Shown here: in pieces, positions 63,491-64,000 of the stretch
Layout of the letters: each line of letters opens with the position of its first letter
Position numbering within the stretch: position 1 is the stretch's first letter
NCBI RefSeq assembly: GCF_018350175.1
Contig: NC_058369.1
Coordinates: forward strand, 24,678,001-24,742,000
Direction: 5' to 3'
Origin: Felis catus
Lineage: Eukaryota
DNA length: 64,000 nt
Made by a program: the position numbers and the translations under genes
The notes under the pieces: model-generated
What the model was told of the DNA's origin: nothing
The model's database searches: none
The model's input: the letters and a program-made list of their open reading frames with translations, nothing else

Positions 63491-63940
63491 ATATTCCAAT
63501 CTTACACAAACTCTCCAGAGCATAAAAGAAAATGAGCCAGGTCATTTTATAAACTTAATATAACCTTGATATCAAAACAAAATAAGGAACATTCAGGAAA
63601 AGGAAGTTCCAGGCCAATTATATTCACTTATACATCAAAACAAGAATCCTAAAAAAAAGATTGGTAAACTAAACTATATACTACCATAATGAGCAAGTTT
63701 GATTTACCCAAGAAATCTAAGATTGGTCTAACCTTAGAATAATCTGTTAGTGTACTTAATGACATTTATAGATTAAAGAAGAAAAAAAATCATATAATTA
63801 ACTCAGTAGTTTCAGAAAAAATGTTTGATAAAATTTAATGCATCCTTTCAAAATAAAAGTGAGCTTCTTTAACCTGTAAAAGGATGACTACAGAATATCT
63901 ACAACAAATATCCTTCACAATGGCAAGACCTTGACCATTC
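63491..63940 (+). mobile_element. Ancient L1 ORF2 fragment
   Basis: 'attccaatcttacacaaactctccaga', 'taaccttgatatcaaaac', 'cagaaaaaatgtttgataaaattt'. Confidence 0.7.
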
Positions 63941-63957
63941 TTTTTTTTTTTTTTTTT

Positions 63958-63996
<39 letters not shown>

Positions 63997-64000
63997 CTCA
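63941..64000 (-). mobile_element. CanSINE 3' tail (cut by the window edge)
   Basis: poly-T followed by (GA)n. Confidence 0.75.

Noticed and set aside
1..64000. CRISPR arrays, operons or other prokaryote-type systems; gene symbol for the CpG-island gene
   Set aside because: The DNA is mammalian, with no regularly spaced repeat-spacer array; the first exon alone was not recognisable enough to name the gene

Overview
Mammalian genomic DNA from a cat-family (felid) carnivore, judged from about 29 tRNA-derived CanSINEs (several young and CpG-intact) and felid-type L1 3' ends. The one clear gene landmark is a CpG island (~7.9-8.95 kb) that looks like the promoter and first exon of a minus-strand gene. 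It has a strong donor AAG|GTGAGA at 8403/8402, so positions 1-8402 would be intron 1. I cannot name the gene. Positions ~9-64 kb appear to be upstream intergenic DNA, mostly SINEs, L1, L2, MIR, MaLR/ERVL LTRs, hAT fossils and microsatellites. No host protein-coding exon is securely identified; the ORF track is explained by repeats, GC richness or chance. I see no evidence of a new biological system. The best leads are cis-regulatory: an abutting AP-1 plus double-TEAD motif in the promoter, a perfect T-MARE, a CTCF pair beside an RE1-like site, and a triple RGGTCA (DR2-DR2) array. Other leads are a candidate 75-nt cassette exon with tandemly duplicated donors and a four-level nested transposon stack. 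Repeat subfamily names and ends were judged by eye and are approximate.
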